Shown: positions 62,121 through 64,000 of the stretch, one piece after another
Position numbering within the stretch: position 1 is the first letter of the stretch
How the letters are laid out: each line of letters opens with the position of its first letter
Source: Lama glama
Taxonomy: Eukaryota
Reading direction: 5' to 3'
NCBI GenBank assembly: GCA_028534125.1
Contig: CM052817.1
Span: 80,106,001 to 80,170,000, forward strand
DNA length: 64,000 nucleotides
Notes under the pieces: generated by a model
What the model was told of the DNA's origin: nothing
What the model saw: the letters and a program-made list of their open reading frames with translations, nothing else
Databases searched by the model: none
Made by a program: the position numbers and the translations under genes

Positions 62121-64000
62121 GAGGAAGTAAGTGGATATTTGATATTAAAACCTGTACTAGTATACCTATAGGAGTCATTCTTTTGTTGACACCTGCAACA
62201 CAGGAGGTCTTATCAGAAATTATAAAAGGTGACACAGTCAGACAACTTTTGCCATAGGATAATTAATTTTTGCTCAACAATCTACCACTTAGGCTTGGTC
62301 AGTTCTCTGAGACTTGCTTGACCTGTCTCATTGAACTCAGTATATGCATAGGATAACTGTCTACTTTCTCTAGGCAACTTCCTCCAGAATTTTCTTGTGG
62401 CGTCTTTCGGGCCTGCTTCTCAAGTTGGTCCGGTCCCACTGACATTCTTACCCCTAGCTATTTTACATGTAGCACATTTAGCATTCAGAGACCAGCTTTG
62501 AGTAAGTGTAAAGGTCAAATCTTTCATTCCTTTTCTGAATTGAATATTGATAATAAGACTGTGCTGTAAAGGTTGTTTTCTTATATCTCTTTTATCCTTT
62601 AAGAGGGCTTTCTCCTTATATCTGTTGCCCTCAAACCAAAACATCAGTAGCATTCCTCTTTCCCCAATATCTTGGCTCTATGGCCAGCATTGGTTATTCT
62701 TCCCCGTGTAGGAACTTCCTTTCAGGTCTGTATCTCAGGAGATAGTCAGGGCTCCTTTAGAAATTTGCTTATGTGGATTTGCTCAGACTTCTGACAGAGG
62801 GGCCTCTTCTCTCTGCCTCCTGTTTAACAAGAATTTGGAGCATCGCTTTAGCCAGTCTTAGCAGCAGAAGATTTTTCTCTCCATATATGCAAACATTTTT
62901 ATTGTCAACCAACCATCAAAGGGGATCAGAAGAAATGGTTTGAATTTATGACCGAACTATTTGGACAGATCTGGGCTAGGAAATGTCTTACAAAGTGTAT
63001 GTATAGCCCTTGTACACTTTTACATGTTGGCAACATTTTTTACTAGTTCTGACCACACATGTTGGTTTATTACTAATTCCCTGACTCTCTTATTTTTCTC
63101 ATCTCACCTCCTACCAGCTGTCTCCCTGCCATTTCTACCCCTTCTGCTACTTTATTTTAAGATAATATAAGAGAAATATGCATCTGCCCATTAATTTGTT
63201 CCTATACCAAACGTTGAATGTCTTTAACATACAGGCACTATATTAGGAAGGTCCTGGTGATAAATACGTATATAACAGAAAACCTCTTTCATTTTATTAT
63301 TATTCATATCACAAATTCTCAAAGAAGAATAATTGAACAAAATTCATTTAAAATTTTTTACAATTTGAAACATTTTTTTCTGGGCCTTTTATTTGGTTTC
63401 TTTTAGTTTTGGGGCATTTGGTCATACATTACATATGAGTGATTTAAAATTTGCTTGAGAAACTTGTGAACGTACACTTCTTTAGTACCTGGGCTTGTGA
63501 CCCAATCAGTAGAAGTCCTTCTTTCCTTTATTCCTTTATTTTTCATTTCTTTTATCCATATTCCTTCATCTTTTCCCAGTCCTACCATGCCATAATAATA
63601 ATGGCAGGGGTTACTAAGTTTCCTTAGATGTTCAAAGCATTTTATGCTGAATGCAGTTAAATTATTCAAGGAATTTGGTAAATTAGGGAAAATACAAAAT
63701 ATTTTAATGAAATGAAGGGTTTTCTAGGTAAGACTTTATATCAGTTCATGATATGAGTTTTTATTTCTTTATTAAATTATTGCTGCTATTGTTTTTTGTT
63801 TTTGTTTTTTTTTCTTGTTTAGAGTTTCCATTTTTTAATGAGATTTTTCCTGGATTTGTTCATCTGACAAAAGTAAATAGTCTTTAAAAGCCCATTTTGG
63901 AAATGGTTAACCATTTTTAAGTTGAATTAAAGCATAAAGTTTTTTTGATCTAAGGGAGGCTTATTTAGATAATATTATTGTATTTGTAAGATTTTATTTC

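Overview
This is mammalian genomic DNA, not a microbial region. It contains the head-to-head NUDT6 / SPATA5 (AFG2A) locus. On the minus strand are NUDT6 coding exons 1-2 (the gene runs off the left edge). On the plus strand are SPATA5 coding exons 1-10, which splice into one open frame of 618 codons covering the N domain and the first AAA+ module (the gene runs off the right edge). The two start codons are 553 bp apart across a CpG island. The rest is intron, filled with L1, L2, MIR, LTR, hAT-Charlie and Tigger relics, plus one 500-N assembly gap. The young L1 3' ends and the absence of recognisable Alu, B1, Bov-tA, PRE or SINEC elements suggest a camelid-like artiodactyl (inference). I found no convincing new multi-gene system. 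The best leads are small: a GC splice donor in NUDT6, a possible TG/AG tandem acceptor and a uORF in SPATA5, two unexplained direct repeats, an L1 that keeps its 5' end but lacks its 3' end, nested insertions with visible target-site duplications, and two motif-dense candidate enhancers. Repeat family names and comparisons to human proteins come from recall and need confirmation by database search.
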